A DNA stretch of 64,000 nt, from contig NIVC01000087.1 in NCBI GenBank assembly GCA_002269645.1, positions 372,001-436,000 of the forward strand. The letters are read 5' to 3'. The notes beneath the pieces are model-generated. The model saw only the letters and a list, made by a program, of their open reading frames with translations. It was not told the origin of the DNA and searched no databases. Below, piece after piece: positions 25,138 through 37,514 of the stretch. The DNA comes from Macrostomum lignano. Taxonomy: Eukaryota. Position numbers and translations under genes: made by a program. Position 1 is the stretch's first letter. Every line of letters starts with the position of its first letter.

Positions 25138-27484
25138 TATTATCATTATTTATCTAGTTTATATTAAACAAATAGCAATTTTATGTTTGTCTAGTTAAAT
25201 TGCTAGCATAAGTGTCTCTTTGTTTAGTGATAAATATTTTAGATTTTTAAGATCTTTTCTTGTATCTTAATTAATATTTTGTTATACTATTGTAAGCAAA
25301 GCATATGTGTATGCAATTAGGCTTATAGTTGGTTACCCTATTGGAATAAATGTCAAAAACTAACAGATATACACTTTAGAAAAAAAGTCAAATTATTTTA
25401 CTGCACTTTAAGATTATTAGAAATCATTCTACAATCAAAATTTGCTAGCTTTTCAAAATTGTAATTGAAAATTTTTGAAATCAAAATTCAGAAAAACAAA
25501 GTTTAGTATGACTAAAACTCACCTTTTTACTCTTGATTTACTGCTTATGCAAAACAAAATACATGCATATATAGCAAAATTTAGTTTATTTTTAGCCACT
25601 CTTTAACACACTTCCAAAATTTTGACTTCCAAATATTTTCAAAATCAAAATTCACTCTTAAAAATTCCAAATTTTGGAAAATCAAAATTGAAATTTTGGA
25701 ACAACTTTAAACATTATATGAGAAATTATGAGTCTATAGGCCCCTTCCACAAAGGTATTAGACTCTTCCATGTAGGCCCCCTATATTTATTTGCTAGAGC
25801 AGTAGCCAGCAGCCAGCAAGAAAAAGCAGCACATGTGCAGGCATATGCTGTCTGCAATTTTACAACTTTTTTTATAGGGGTTGCTTAAACTTTTTTCTTT
25901 TATATTTATAATTAATTTGATTTTTATAGGTATAGGCCTAGATTAAGTAAAAAACTAATCACAATGTAAGACACATGCTAATATAACAATATAATAATCA
26001 AGATTTAGATAAAAATAGTTACTAGGGCCTAATAGCCTAGCAAAAAAGCCATTTAAACAGGGCATTTATTATTTGCCTAATTGACTGCTTATTTGACTAG
26101 ATGAATAGCAAAATGGTTATTATTTTGGTTACTAGACCAATAGCTATTATCATTATTTATCTAGTTTATATTTATATTAGACAAATAGCAATTTTATGTC
26201 TGCAATTTTAGGTATAATCTTTATTTAAAGTCCTAAAATATTCAATTCATTGTAAAATTGGTATAATTAATATTATCCATTTATTTAGACAAACAACAAA
26301 ATTCCTAGGCCCTATATAGGTCTATTTGATAAATATTAACTAGATGAATAATGAAACATGGCTATTTATCCATTAACTAGGCAAATAACCATATTGCTAT
26401 TATTATTGTTTATTGGTCTGGTCACTAGACAAATAACAACTGCCTTTAATTTAAATAGGCCCACTTATAAAAATGTAGGCCTATAAATATTAAAAAATAA
26501 GAATAGTACTAGGCCTATGCTATATTTTCATTTTTGTGTCTAACAAAAATAGTTGGCAAACATTAGACCTAAAAAAGGTTTTGAGTGTTTCATTTACACT
26601 GGTTTTTATGTAACATTGACCTGCCAAAATAACTCATATGTTACCTAACTAAATCATCGAAATTCTAGTCTAGACCAAGGCATAATGATTAGGCCTACTG
26701 TCACTGACTTGACTAAGAACAGCAACAACGAGTCTATCTTAGTAGGACTAGGACCTTTGTTGATCATTAGGCCTAATTAACATTGGTCCTGTTTTATCCG
26801 TTTTGACCTACTAGTAGTTCAATGCTTTCAAAAGTATAGATTCGAATGGTTCTGAGTCCTATCGTATGCCTACACATAGACTATGGGAAGGGAATAGAGA
26901 AATAAGAAATGCCTACAGCCTACTGTACTATCTGTTATTAGGCCAAGGCCTACAACTCAAAATTCCAACCAACCAAAAGAGACCAACCAAAATTCATCGA
27001 ACTAGGTCCATAAGCCCCATTAACTAACGACATCAAGTTGAGATTATTTATAGATAAAAATGCATCGCCAGAAAGAAATTAAGCCTAGTCATCATATAAC
27101 TTATGCATTAGCATATTTGGCTCCAAGTCCGGTGATTTTGTAACTCGTTTGAATTGCCAAATAATTTTCGTGGAAATAAAAAGAATCTTTAAAATTTAGT
27201 TAAAGTATATAACAACATAATTCGCATGACTAAGCGTAACTATTTAAAAAAGTAGGCCACTATTTTTTTCTTTTTTACTGTGTTATTCTTCTGCACATAC
27301 ATTTCTTTAATGCTAATTAGACAAGTCGGCCCGGGCCACTCATTAACATGGCGAAGGAAAATGACACCTCAAAGACCACTTTGGAGTATTGAGACTATTG
27401 TGTAAGGTTCACAAAACGTGGTTTAAAATGTTTCAGTGCTTGTTGAGAATAGTTATCTGCCTATCCTCATAGCATAAAGATTAT

Positions 27485-28312
27485 GCCGGCTGACATCCCA
27501 GAGGACCTGGGGCATGACGTGCCGCGGGCGCAGACGGGCAAGATGAGCAGGCTCGCACGCTGCCAGCGGTTTACCTAGCTGCGCAGAGGACTTGTCTGGG
27601 TGGCCTTTCCGCTCGATCCGAGCCATCTTCTAGTCTGAAGCGCTGCCGACCAGACCGTTTGCCAGACCGTACCATTTTTCTACTATGTACGTCTACCATG
27701 TACAGATAACATGCACTGTACATGTACGTACTATTCACTTTCAGTAGAAAAAATCTTCCTGGAGAATCAAAAGCCTCGAGAATGTTGTTGTGCGGGAATA
27801 AAATTATAAAAAAATCACTCATATCAATTTGTGGCACGGAGCTGCTTGAGAGAGCTCACGGCTGTGGCAGGCCGCGGTGATCGAAACCGGATCCGGCAGC
27901 TGCTGTACATATGTACAACGCTGAGACGCGGACGCGCTGACGGCTACGCTGGAGCAGCAGTTGGACTCGGCCGCACTTAGGGCTGCTCTGTGCGGCCTTT
28001 CGAGCTGACGAGAGCGTCGAGACCGAGGCGCCCCTGTACGATCGGGCCAATTAGCTGCATCGCCCGTCCATCATCATCTGGACGGCAGCGAGTTCAATTC
28101 TGGCGGCCCAACGTGATCCGGACCGACTGCTATAACTGCCCAAAAGCTGTTCAGGACGTCCTGCTGCTCAACTTTCAGGGTTCGTGCAGGTGGGGTCAGG
28201 CCCGAACCCGTCGATACGTGGACTGCCTGCATGCTACGCTGGGGCGCTCGACACTGCAGACAACGGGGCGGACTTCGTCCGCTCTCAGGCAGCTCTGCAG
28301 CGCGCCATCTGA
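27485..28312 (+). mobile_element. Degenerate 3' fragment of an RTE-like non-LTR retrotransposon (RT C-terminal region), split by an ~170-bp AT-rich insert
   Basis: Frameshifted pieces: LARCQRFT*..RRGLVWVAFRSIRAIF*SEALP; LYMYNAE..LTATLEQQLDSAALRAA; ADESVETEAPLYDRAN*LHRPSIII; NCPKAVQDVLLLNFQGSCRWGQARTRRYVDCL; ADFVRSQAALQRAI*. These match from memory the post-RT region of RTE-type LINE ORF2. Confidence 0.65.
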
Positions 28313-29282
28313 CGCGCCCTGATCTAACTGTATGCGGCGTTGCGTATTTTGTTGTTGCTGTTGAACACACATGTAATATTACTACGTGCATGTTGATTTA
28401 TGCTTATATTTTTTGCTATAGTACTTTCATAACAAATATACGAGCTTACAAGCATGATTTTTTCCTGCAATATTCTGCATATATATTTTCTAATTCCATG
28501 CAGCTGCTAATAGAATATATGCACATGCAGTCCTGCAATACATACAATGCAATTCAATAGACTGTACAATACATACACTGCATGTTATAATATGACATAG
28601 TTAATAGTGTAATTCTTCGTCCTGTACTGGAAACAAAGCATAAAATGACAGTGGTAATTGTTAAAACACAAGTATGCACTTGTATGTAATACATTTATAC
28701 TTCGTACGTATTTGAATGTAGCTCGTACGTTCCTCGTATGTTCCATGAGGTTGGCTAGGAAAAGGAATAATTAAAAATCCGATTAATATCTGCTGCACGT
28801 ACTTTACCGATGGTTCTGTCTATTTTCGTCTACAGGCACTCTGAGGGGGGTAAGTTAATTGTACAGTTAAGCAGTAGAGAAATGTACAAGAGGGCAGCTG
28901 TGTACACTTTAAGGGATTGTTTGTGCTTGAGAGAATGTAAGGAATGTTCATAAAAATGTAGTTGCGAGTACTCTTGCACACACAGTATTCATGCCTGCCC
29001 GCAGCCCTCTCCCCCCACGTGTGCACTAGCGCCTGCACCGCATATATCACGACAGGAAAAGAAAGAGCTGTAGTGCGCGTCAAGTTTTTGTTTACCCAAA
29101 TCGTAAATGCTAGCGAAATACAGCGGCAAATTGTAGTGCATGAGTTTTTACATGCAGTTCTCTACGCTTTTGTTTTTATCTATCTGACACCCGGACGTTG
29201 TTCTCCTTTACTAAAAAATCATTACGCACAGACCTGTCCAGAATTTGAACTTGAAAAAACGACCACGCCCAATAGCAAAAAC

Positions 29283-32200
29283 ATGCCACGCCCGCACCGT
29301 TTCAAAGAGTCGTCATCGGCGCCACAGTCGACGGACTTGCTGGCCTGCGCTTTCCTGTCCGACAGGCAGCTGGAGGAGCGCATGGTAGAGATGCGACGGT
29401 GCATTGTGAACCTGCGCCAGCGCTGGGACTCAGACAGGCAGCAGCAGGCCGAGCTGCTGCTGCGATGGCTGGAGACCGAGGCAGAGAATCGGCCACAGGC
29501 GGAAGCTCCACCGGAGTCCGAATGGCCACTAGTTTTGAATCGGTGGCGCGACATCCTTGCCGTTGATAGAAACTGGGCCGACCTGCGCGACGACAGCGAA
29601 GAATTCTTGAAGCAGTTGCGGTTGCTGGCGAATGAGCAGCTTCGGCAGCAGTTCTCTGTGCTGCGGGAGTACACTGATAATATTACCTATTCGCTTGTGT
29701 TTCGCAAGGTGCTGCAGGTAAGTTTCATCCCTACCGAATCAATAGTTCCCAGCCAGTGGACAACAAAAATACTCGTACAAGGACGTTGCACTAGAAATCC
29801 AGACTATTATTTTAGTCAGTTTTAATAGCTAAATTCACTAGCAAGCTAAAAAGTAGAAGCCTTTTAGAACTAAAAATGACTATAACCGGTTCAAGAACTT
29901 CTTGGAGCGATTATATGCTTTTTGTCGATCTATCGATTCAGAGGTGGATTCGCAAAGACAATTTCTTATCTGTAGCGTTTTTGCTGTAGCGGCTTTGTTG
30001 TTTTTGGTACTTTTGTTCCTTTGCAAGCCGGCTGTTCATTTTGTCTATGCCCATTCTTTAGTTGTACTTTCATCCTCTAATTTTAATTTAATTTGTCCAT
30101 TGTTCAATCCAACGTACAGGCCCATCTAAGCTATATTATAAGCCTTAAGTGGTCAATCACAAATCTGATATATCAAGGTTTAAGTGGGAAATTGCCGAGA
30201 TGTCAAAGCTCATGGAAGGCAAATAAAAATCTGGGGATAGCCGAGATGCCAATGGTCAATTGGGAGTTGTTGGTAGGCCAAACATCAAAGACAGAGTGAG
30301 AGTTAAGCCATGGCGTAAAGGGAGTCTTTGATGTCAAAGTTCAAGGGGATGCTGATATCTTAGACTAGATAGCTCCAACCTCAAATACTGAAGTATGGTA
30401 TCTCTAATCATCACTCTCTAACCATCAGGCCTTCCGAACAAGGGAAAACTCTGAGGCTGAGCTCATGGTGTACGTCTATCTAATAGAGCTTATAAATATC
30501 GATTTGTTCAATTACACACAATGCGGCTTGGCGCCGTCCTGCGAGAGGAGCTGCGTCTATCGCGGCCTCACAATGTCCAGCGATCACTGGCTGAGCTTTA
30601 AACGCGTGTTCAGCCAGCCAGTCAATGCCCGATTCGTTGCCGTTCCGCTGGCGCTGACTTCGGCCAGCCGCAGCATCGACGTAGCGATGCAGTTCATGCT
30701 GAAGGAGTCCGCTAAGAACTCAACTGATTCAACTGGTGCAGGTAAGCAACGGTTACAGGTCGACTAAAAAAAGAAAAGAAAATTTATCCGTTTAACTAAA
30801 ATTAATGAAGGAGAAAACTGTCCGATAAGAGAGCCGGCATCTTACTCGTAATTACTCGTAATTTGATTGCTCAATTTGCCGCAAGGTCCGCAAAGCGCCG
30901 ACTCGGATGTGCCCTGTCTGCAGGCGATTCACGTGATTGGCGTGCCCGACCGGCTGATGGAGCTGTATCGGCGGCGCTTTCCCCAGAGTGTAGTGAGCAC
31001 CATCTGTGCCGTGGACGTGGCTGGTGTGTCCGCTCACCCGGAGGAGCAGGAGGTCCTGCTCCGCGGTGCCTTCTACCAACTGTTGGGCATGCAGGTAAGT
31101 GAGATGTTTGTGTTACATGTACATTTAAAAGTAAAAACACAGGCCAAATACAAAGGAAAAAACATATTCAAGAAGCGTCAGATTTTAAGCAGACAGTCCA
31201 CGTATCGATGGGTTCCGCCCTGGGTCTGACTTGTAGGCCAAGAACTTGCGGGACGTCTCAAAGAAGATTAGAGAAACGTTCATTTCGGCGAAATTTTTTC
31301 TAATAAACTTTAATTTTTGTTGCAGATCATGCATGCATGCCTTCCTTATACACAATGTAAGCTTATAAAATACTTCAGTTCGGAATCAACAATGCTTTGA
31401 AGCAGCAAGAGCAGAGGGGCTGAAACAGCTCACTCTTTATTTGAGAAAGTTCCAAAGGTGTCACCACGGACATTTGTCGACTGGCTTGTGATTGACGTCG
31501 ACGGCGCATCGAATTTTGAGAGAAGATCTTTTGAGGGAAGAAATCTCTAAGAAGTCAGCCGGTCCATATTGACCAAGTCATCTGGCATTGGGAAAACACC
31601 AAGCCTCACACAGCTGCATAGTCTTAGAATGACATGGAGAAGCGAGGTATACGAAGGCTGCTGCACCAGGCCCCCGTACAGCTCAGCTTTGAACCTTTTT
31701 GACCGCTTCCTGTTTTCCTGGTTGAACAGCGATATTTCCGGGATCACACTGAAGGTGCAAGAGGCGAAATTGCAAAGGGCAAGGGACCTGGAGATTGCGA
31801 AACTTCAACAGGGTGCACCGACTTACCCGTACAGCGTATTACGTCGTTATCCGTCGATATAATGAAAAAAGCACATATTTGTTTGTCATCGCCAGGAAAG
31901 TCAAGCAGACGTCGCAACCGTTGGGTTGCTGTCACGGACTACTTAAGTGTCGTTTAAGTACTTAAGTAGTCAGTGATTTCTGTACGGGTTAGGGATCACA
32001 GTGACGCTTTGATTCAATGCCAAAGAGATTATGTTACGTTATGTTATGTTTTGCTGCAGCAGTTTCATTTGTTGAAGTTTTAATAACTTTGGTACACATT
32101 TAAGAAACATTGTAAAAGCCGAAAGTTACGAGTATCGGAAAGCCTAACAGCGTGACGTAGCTATACATCCTTTTTTCTGTAAAGCCACAGTTTTAAGCTC

Positions 32201-32792
32201 GCATCTGAACTTCATTGATGGAAACAAGATGAGTGTAATTTTCAAACGCTTAGCAATTTGAAACGTCATGCGCTAGGTTTACAGTCTGTTCCACACGCAG
32301 CCCATAGAGCGGCTCACATTTCCTCTATATTAGCTCTACGGGTCCAAGTTTGCTCAGATGCTCAAAAATGTGTATGAAGCATGTTCTGGTGAATTAATTT
32401 AAAAACGATATCGGGGAAATACATGCATGTGTGTGAAGATATATAGGAGCATCATTGCTATTTTTCTCCATCTCACCTCGTTACAGGAGTCGCAGCAGCT
32501 TCGCATCAGTGCAGGTGGAGAATCACCCGGAACTGAACCGCGACAACTGCAGTTGGTGACGGCCAACATCCTGGAAATTCTAATGGTGAATGCTAATCGC
32601 GATCATCTGAGCAACGGTCGCCTAGGAGACCAGGACGCCCCAGCTCGAGCCCTGTTCGCCACCATAGTTAGGATAGCCCGCTACGAGTACTGCCTGCGCA
32701 TCTGCAGAGAGCGCGGACTGGCGACAGACGAGAGTCAGTATGCGGCTGCCCTGAGCCAAGCGGAGTCGGAGCTGCAAAAGCTTCTGGCTTAA
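29283..32792 (+). CDS. Putative mono-ADP-ribosyltransferase of the R-S-E (ARTC/cholera-toxin-like) clade, ~400 aa, 4 exons, apparently non-secreted
   Basis: Exons 29283-29717, 30489-30741, 30886-31094 and 32487-32792 join in frame (phases 0, 1, 0) with GTAAG donors. Motifs in order: EYTDNITYSLVFRKVLQLINIDL (YT..Y..N-like helix), CVYRGL (R at 30561), LTSASRS (S-x-S, ~30660), HPEEQEVLLRG (E-x-E, 31044-31052). The exon-2 acceptor (atagag|CTT) is weak, and an upstream exon cannot be excluded because there is an in-frame acceptor at 29232. Confidence 0.75.
31300..31870 (+). mobile_element. Mariner-like transposase remnant in intron 3 of the ART gene
   Basis: Frameshifted motifs: AHRILREDL; QVIWHWENTKPHTA (HDNARPH-like, 31571-31615); RPPYSSALNLFDRFLFSWL (PPYSPDL..D..LF-like). 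Termini not identified. Confidence 0.6.
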
Positions 32793-34810
32793 ACAACAGA
32801 CTTCTCTGCTCTTGCATGGAGTCAACTGGACTTTTCAAATATCCAGATTCACTTTTGCTATTCCAAAGACACATAACTGCAATAACAATAAATTAAATAA
32901 CTAATAAAAACACACATTTAAGATCAGAGTTCCGTCACAACTTTATTTTTTAGCACACGAAATTTCTTGTGATCGATCGAAGTGTATCGATGGACATTGG
33001 ACGCATTATGTCACCTACTTGGAAATTATTATAGAATTTTATCCAGTGGCGGCGCAGTATCTCTAATGGGGGCGGCGGTTGGGAAGTCACGCAGAATTTT
33101 GACAAGTTACGAGCTACAAGCTCTGACAAGTGACAAGCGAGAGGTGATGCGTGCTTGTTACGAGCGGTTTGTTTCATAGGCATCACTTCATGAGAAGTGA
33201 ATAACACTCGATTCTCGACAAGTTTGAGTAGTTTCGAGAAGTTTGGCAGCAATTCGCGTTGAACTATCAATGAAACTAACAGATTTTCCCAGTACTTTCA
33301 ATTTGCATGTTCTATTTGGCTTACGGACGTTTCCCCTCCGGCATTTCTTCTCCAGAGATTTTCTGAAAATGGAAAAGCCCATTGGCAAGATCACTCTGAC
33401 GGGAACGCTCTGGCAGGAGCACTTTGGCAAGCGCACTTTAGCAGAAGCACTTTAGCAAAAGGACTTAATGGGAGCACTTTGGCGAAAGCACTTAGGTTTG
33501 AGAACTTTGGCAGGGGAAATCTGTTCCACATGTCGTTGTAATAATATTGTCGTTTTAATAGTACTGTCGTTTTAATGATATAATCGTTTTAATATTACTA
33601 TCGCTTTAATATTACTATCGCTTAATACAATAATATACGTAATATCAGTTGGTTTAAAAACACTGTTTTTCCTTCTCTAACGATAAGTATTTAATAATAC
33701 TGATTCTTCTGGTCTCTGATTTTTTGGGTTCCTGTCCTCTTGTTATTTTGTTTCCTCGTTCATTAAGGCGTCCGTCACTCCGTCGTTAGATTTATTGACA
33801 CATTATTGGATATTTAACTTACTTTTTAGCAAGAAAAGCAGATGGACGTGTTCGTCTTGCCCTCAATCAGCCAGCCCCCACAGTTCTTACTCACTAAAGC
33901 CGAGTTTCCAGTCTCTTATTTTCTATTTTATGGGTAAATTTATATCACAGAAGTCACTGCTTGAACTCAGTTGATTTTAAGATTTCAAGAGTTATAGCAG
34001 TTCTATTTTTTTAAGCATTATGACAGTAAAATAAGCTATCGAACCATTCGAGCCAAACAAGTTTGTAAATTTATTATAATTTCGAAGTTCGAAACAGCTA
34101 CAGGCAAATTTGCTGCCAGATAAAACAACACTCGCACACAGAGACAGAAGAGAGGGATTGATCAGGTGAGCAGAATAGAACAAAGCAACTTGACAAAGAA
34201 ACAACTAATTAGCTAGCTGTGCAGTAAAGCAGAAAAACAATATGCTACCAGTTTAAAGTAAACTGGACAAACTTAGCAAACTTGCGAAAGCGTGCAACAT
34301 AAGATTAACAAAGCAAAACAATAATGTTGGGACGCAAAAAGGCTGAATATGGTTTCCGTTTCTAATTAGGCCTCTCATTATTGGGATTAAATAATCAGCA
34401 GAATAAAACCAAATTACCTGTAGATATAGACCAAAGGTGAATATTTAGAATTAATCGAACACAAGGCTATACTTAACTACTTATGTAAGTAGACACGCAG
34501 GTGATAATGTTGCAGTTGACAGACAGACGCGCTGGCAATACGACCATGCAGATGCTGTGTAAAGCACTAGTATGCAAATAATGTACGTTCTTTACTAAAG
34601 TACACGCCAGCTGCCATCGTTATGTGCTGTGTATGTGCGCAGGTTATAAATAAACTTATATTACTCAATGTGATGAGCAGTGCCGAAAAAGATTAGGCCG
34701 CAAAAATTCCAAATAAAACAAAATAAATCTAAAAATTCTTTTACAATCCAACATTTACTGGTATCAAAGTATTCTTTAATTCTAGAGCAAGTCAGCTGAC
34801 ACTTTAAAGT

Positions 34811-35575
34811 GTCAGACTGGAGCCACACTGACACCCTGACAGATGGTCAGACTGGAGCCACACTGACACCCTGACAGATGGTCAGACTGGAGCCACACTG
34901 ACACCCTGACAGATGGTCAGACTGGAGCCACACTGACACCCTGACAGATGGTCAGACTGGAGCCACACTGACACCCTGACAGATGATCAGACTGGAGCCA
35001 CACTGACACCCTGACAGATGGTCAGACTGGAGCCACACTGACACCCTGACAGATGGTCAGACTGGAGCCACACTGACACCCTGACAGATGATCAGACTGG
35101 AGCCACACTGACACCCTGACAGATGGTCAGACTGGAGCCACACTGACACCCTGACAGATGGTCAGACTGGAGCCACACTGACACCCTGACAGATGGTCAG
35201 ACTGGAGTCATACTGACACCCTGACAGATGGTCAGACTGAAGTCATACTGACACCCTGACAGATGGTCAGACTGAAGTCATACTGACACCCTGACTGGGG
35301 GTCAGACTGGAGCCATACTGACAACCTGACTGGGGGTCAGACCAGACTGGAGCCACACTGACACCCTGACTGGTGGTCAGGCGGGAGCCACACTGACACC
35401 CTGACTAGGGGTCAGACAGCAGCCACACTGACACCCTGACTGGTGGTCAGGCGGGAGCCACACTGACACCCTGACTGGGGGTCAGACAGCAGCCACACTG
35501 ACACCCTGACTGGGGGTCAGACAGCAGCCACACTGACACCCTGACTGGGGGTCAGACAGCAGCCAGACTGACACT
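34811..35575. repeat. 35-bp minisatellite, array 1
   Basis: Unit GTCAGACTGGAGCCACACTGACACCCTGACAGATG; variants accumulate at the right end. Confidence 0.95.
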
Positions 35576-36432
35576 CTGTCATCAACATAAGCAAACCGAA
35601 AAATAACAAAGTGTTACCGGGTAAACAGAAGAGAATAGAAGGAACAAAAAAATTCAGTTTCAAATTGGATAAATTTTCAACAGTTTTTGTACAAACGTTA
35701 ACAATAGAACAGCCTATTACGAATAGCAAATAAACATTAGAGAACAAAGAAAAACTACACAATATATGAATAATATATATGTACATATCTATATACAACA
35801 GTAGATAAAGTTGAAATAAATATGGTAAGCCACTGCTACAGAGCCCCCGAATAAATTCTATGCTTGAGACAGTACAAAAATTAAAGCGAATATATACGCT
35901 AAATTAAATCTTATATTTAAAGCAAGTGCAGTAAGAGCTGCCAATATAGAACTGAGTCAAAAAAATCTTTCTATAAGACTGGGCCACAAGCAATTAACAA
36001 TATGATTGGGTGTAAATAAACAATTCCTATTGTAGACTGATATGAGACTCGGGGGGGAGGGGTTTTCCTGCGCATATAAAGTACACATAATTATACTCGT
36101 ACATATACAGGACAAAAAAGGGGCCACCCACTCATATAGTAAACTGTGCCTGCTAATATTTGTTAAGGTAAAGTGACACGGATAAATGGATAGAACAGCG
36201 GTACACGACGCCTCTCAACTGGATGAGTGCTCACTCTACTGTATGGAAGTTGAGAATTGTTTGAGTTCTTAATCTCAGAAAGATATTACCGATCATTTAT
36301 AGCTGGTAGCTAAGGCAAATAAATATTAAAAAAATATTTGATCATTCTTGTGCTACGCGGAAGACATCTGGTGTTAATTTCATTTGAGCCACTGTTTAAA
36401 CCAGGAATTCTAATTTATCATGCACCGATACC

Positions 36433-37310
36433 CCACACTGACACCCTGACAGATGGTCAGACTGGAGCCACACCGACACCCTGACAGATGATCAGACTGG
36501 AGCCACACTGACACCCTGACAGATGGTCAGACTGGAGCCACACTGACACCCTGACAGATGGTCAGACTGGAGACATACTGACACCCTGACAGATGATCAG
36601 ACTGGAGCCACACTGACACCCTGACAGATGGTCAGACTGGAACCATACTGACACCCTGACAGATGATCAGACTGGAGCCACACTGACACTCTGACAGATG
36701 ATCAGACTGGAGCCACACTGACACCCTGACAGATGATCAGACTGGAGCCACACTGACACCCTGACAGATGGTCAGACTGGAGCCACACTGACACCCTGAC
36801 AGATGATCAGACTGGAGCCACACTGACACCCTGACAGATGGTCAGACTGGAGCCACACTGACACCCTGACAGATGGTCAGACTGGAGCCATACTGACACC
36901 CTGACAGATGGTCAAACTGGAGCCACACTGACACCCTGACAGATGGTCAGACTGGAGCCACACTGACACCCCAGATGGTCAGACTGGAGCCATACTGACA
37001 CCCTGACAGATGGTCAGACTGGAGCCACACTGACACCCTGACAGATGGTCAGACTGGAGCCATACTGACACCCTGACAGATGGTCAGACTGGAGCCATAC
37101 TGACACCCTGACAGATGGTCAGACTGGAGCCACACTGACACCCTGACAGATGGTCAGACTGGAGCCATACTGACACCCTGACAGATGGTCAGACTGGAGC
37201 CACACTGACACCCCAGATGGTCAGACCGGAGCCACACTGACACCCTGACAGATGGTCAGACTGGAGCCATACTGACACCCCAGATGGTCAGACCGGAGCC
37301 ATACTGACAC
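36433..37310. repeat. 35-bp minisatellite, array 2 (same unit and orientation as array 1)
   Basis: Same unit as 34811-35575, separated from it by ~850 bp of unique AT-rich DNA. Confidence 0.95.
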
Positions 37311-37514
37311 AGTCTTGATTTTTCCTAATCGAAACTAAAATAGTCGTTAAATAATTTGACGCTTTTGAAGAGTTCTGCGTCCATTAGATTAAAGGACTTA
37401 CGTTTTTTAGTTGCGTCATTCCGAGCGAAGCAAACAAACTCTGTTCTAAAAGCATTTCCCTTTGGCATTCGATTCTCTCTTTGGTTTTGTTAAATGTTGC
37501 AGATATAAATATTA

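Noticed and set aside
19647-32792. Functional link between the ART gene and the neighbouring RhoGEF (C3-like Rho modification)
   Set aside because: C3-type Rho ARTs use Q-x-E whereas this protein has E-x-E. The genes are ~10 kb apart, and adjacency in a eukaryote is not evidence of a shared pathway.
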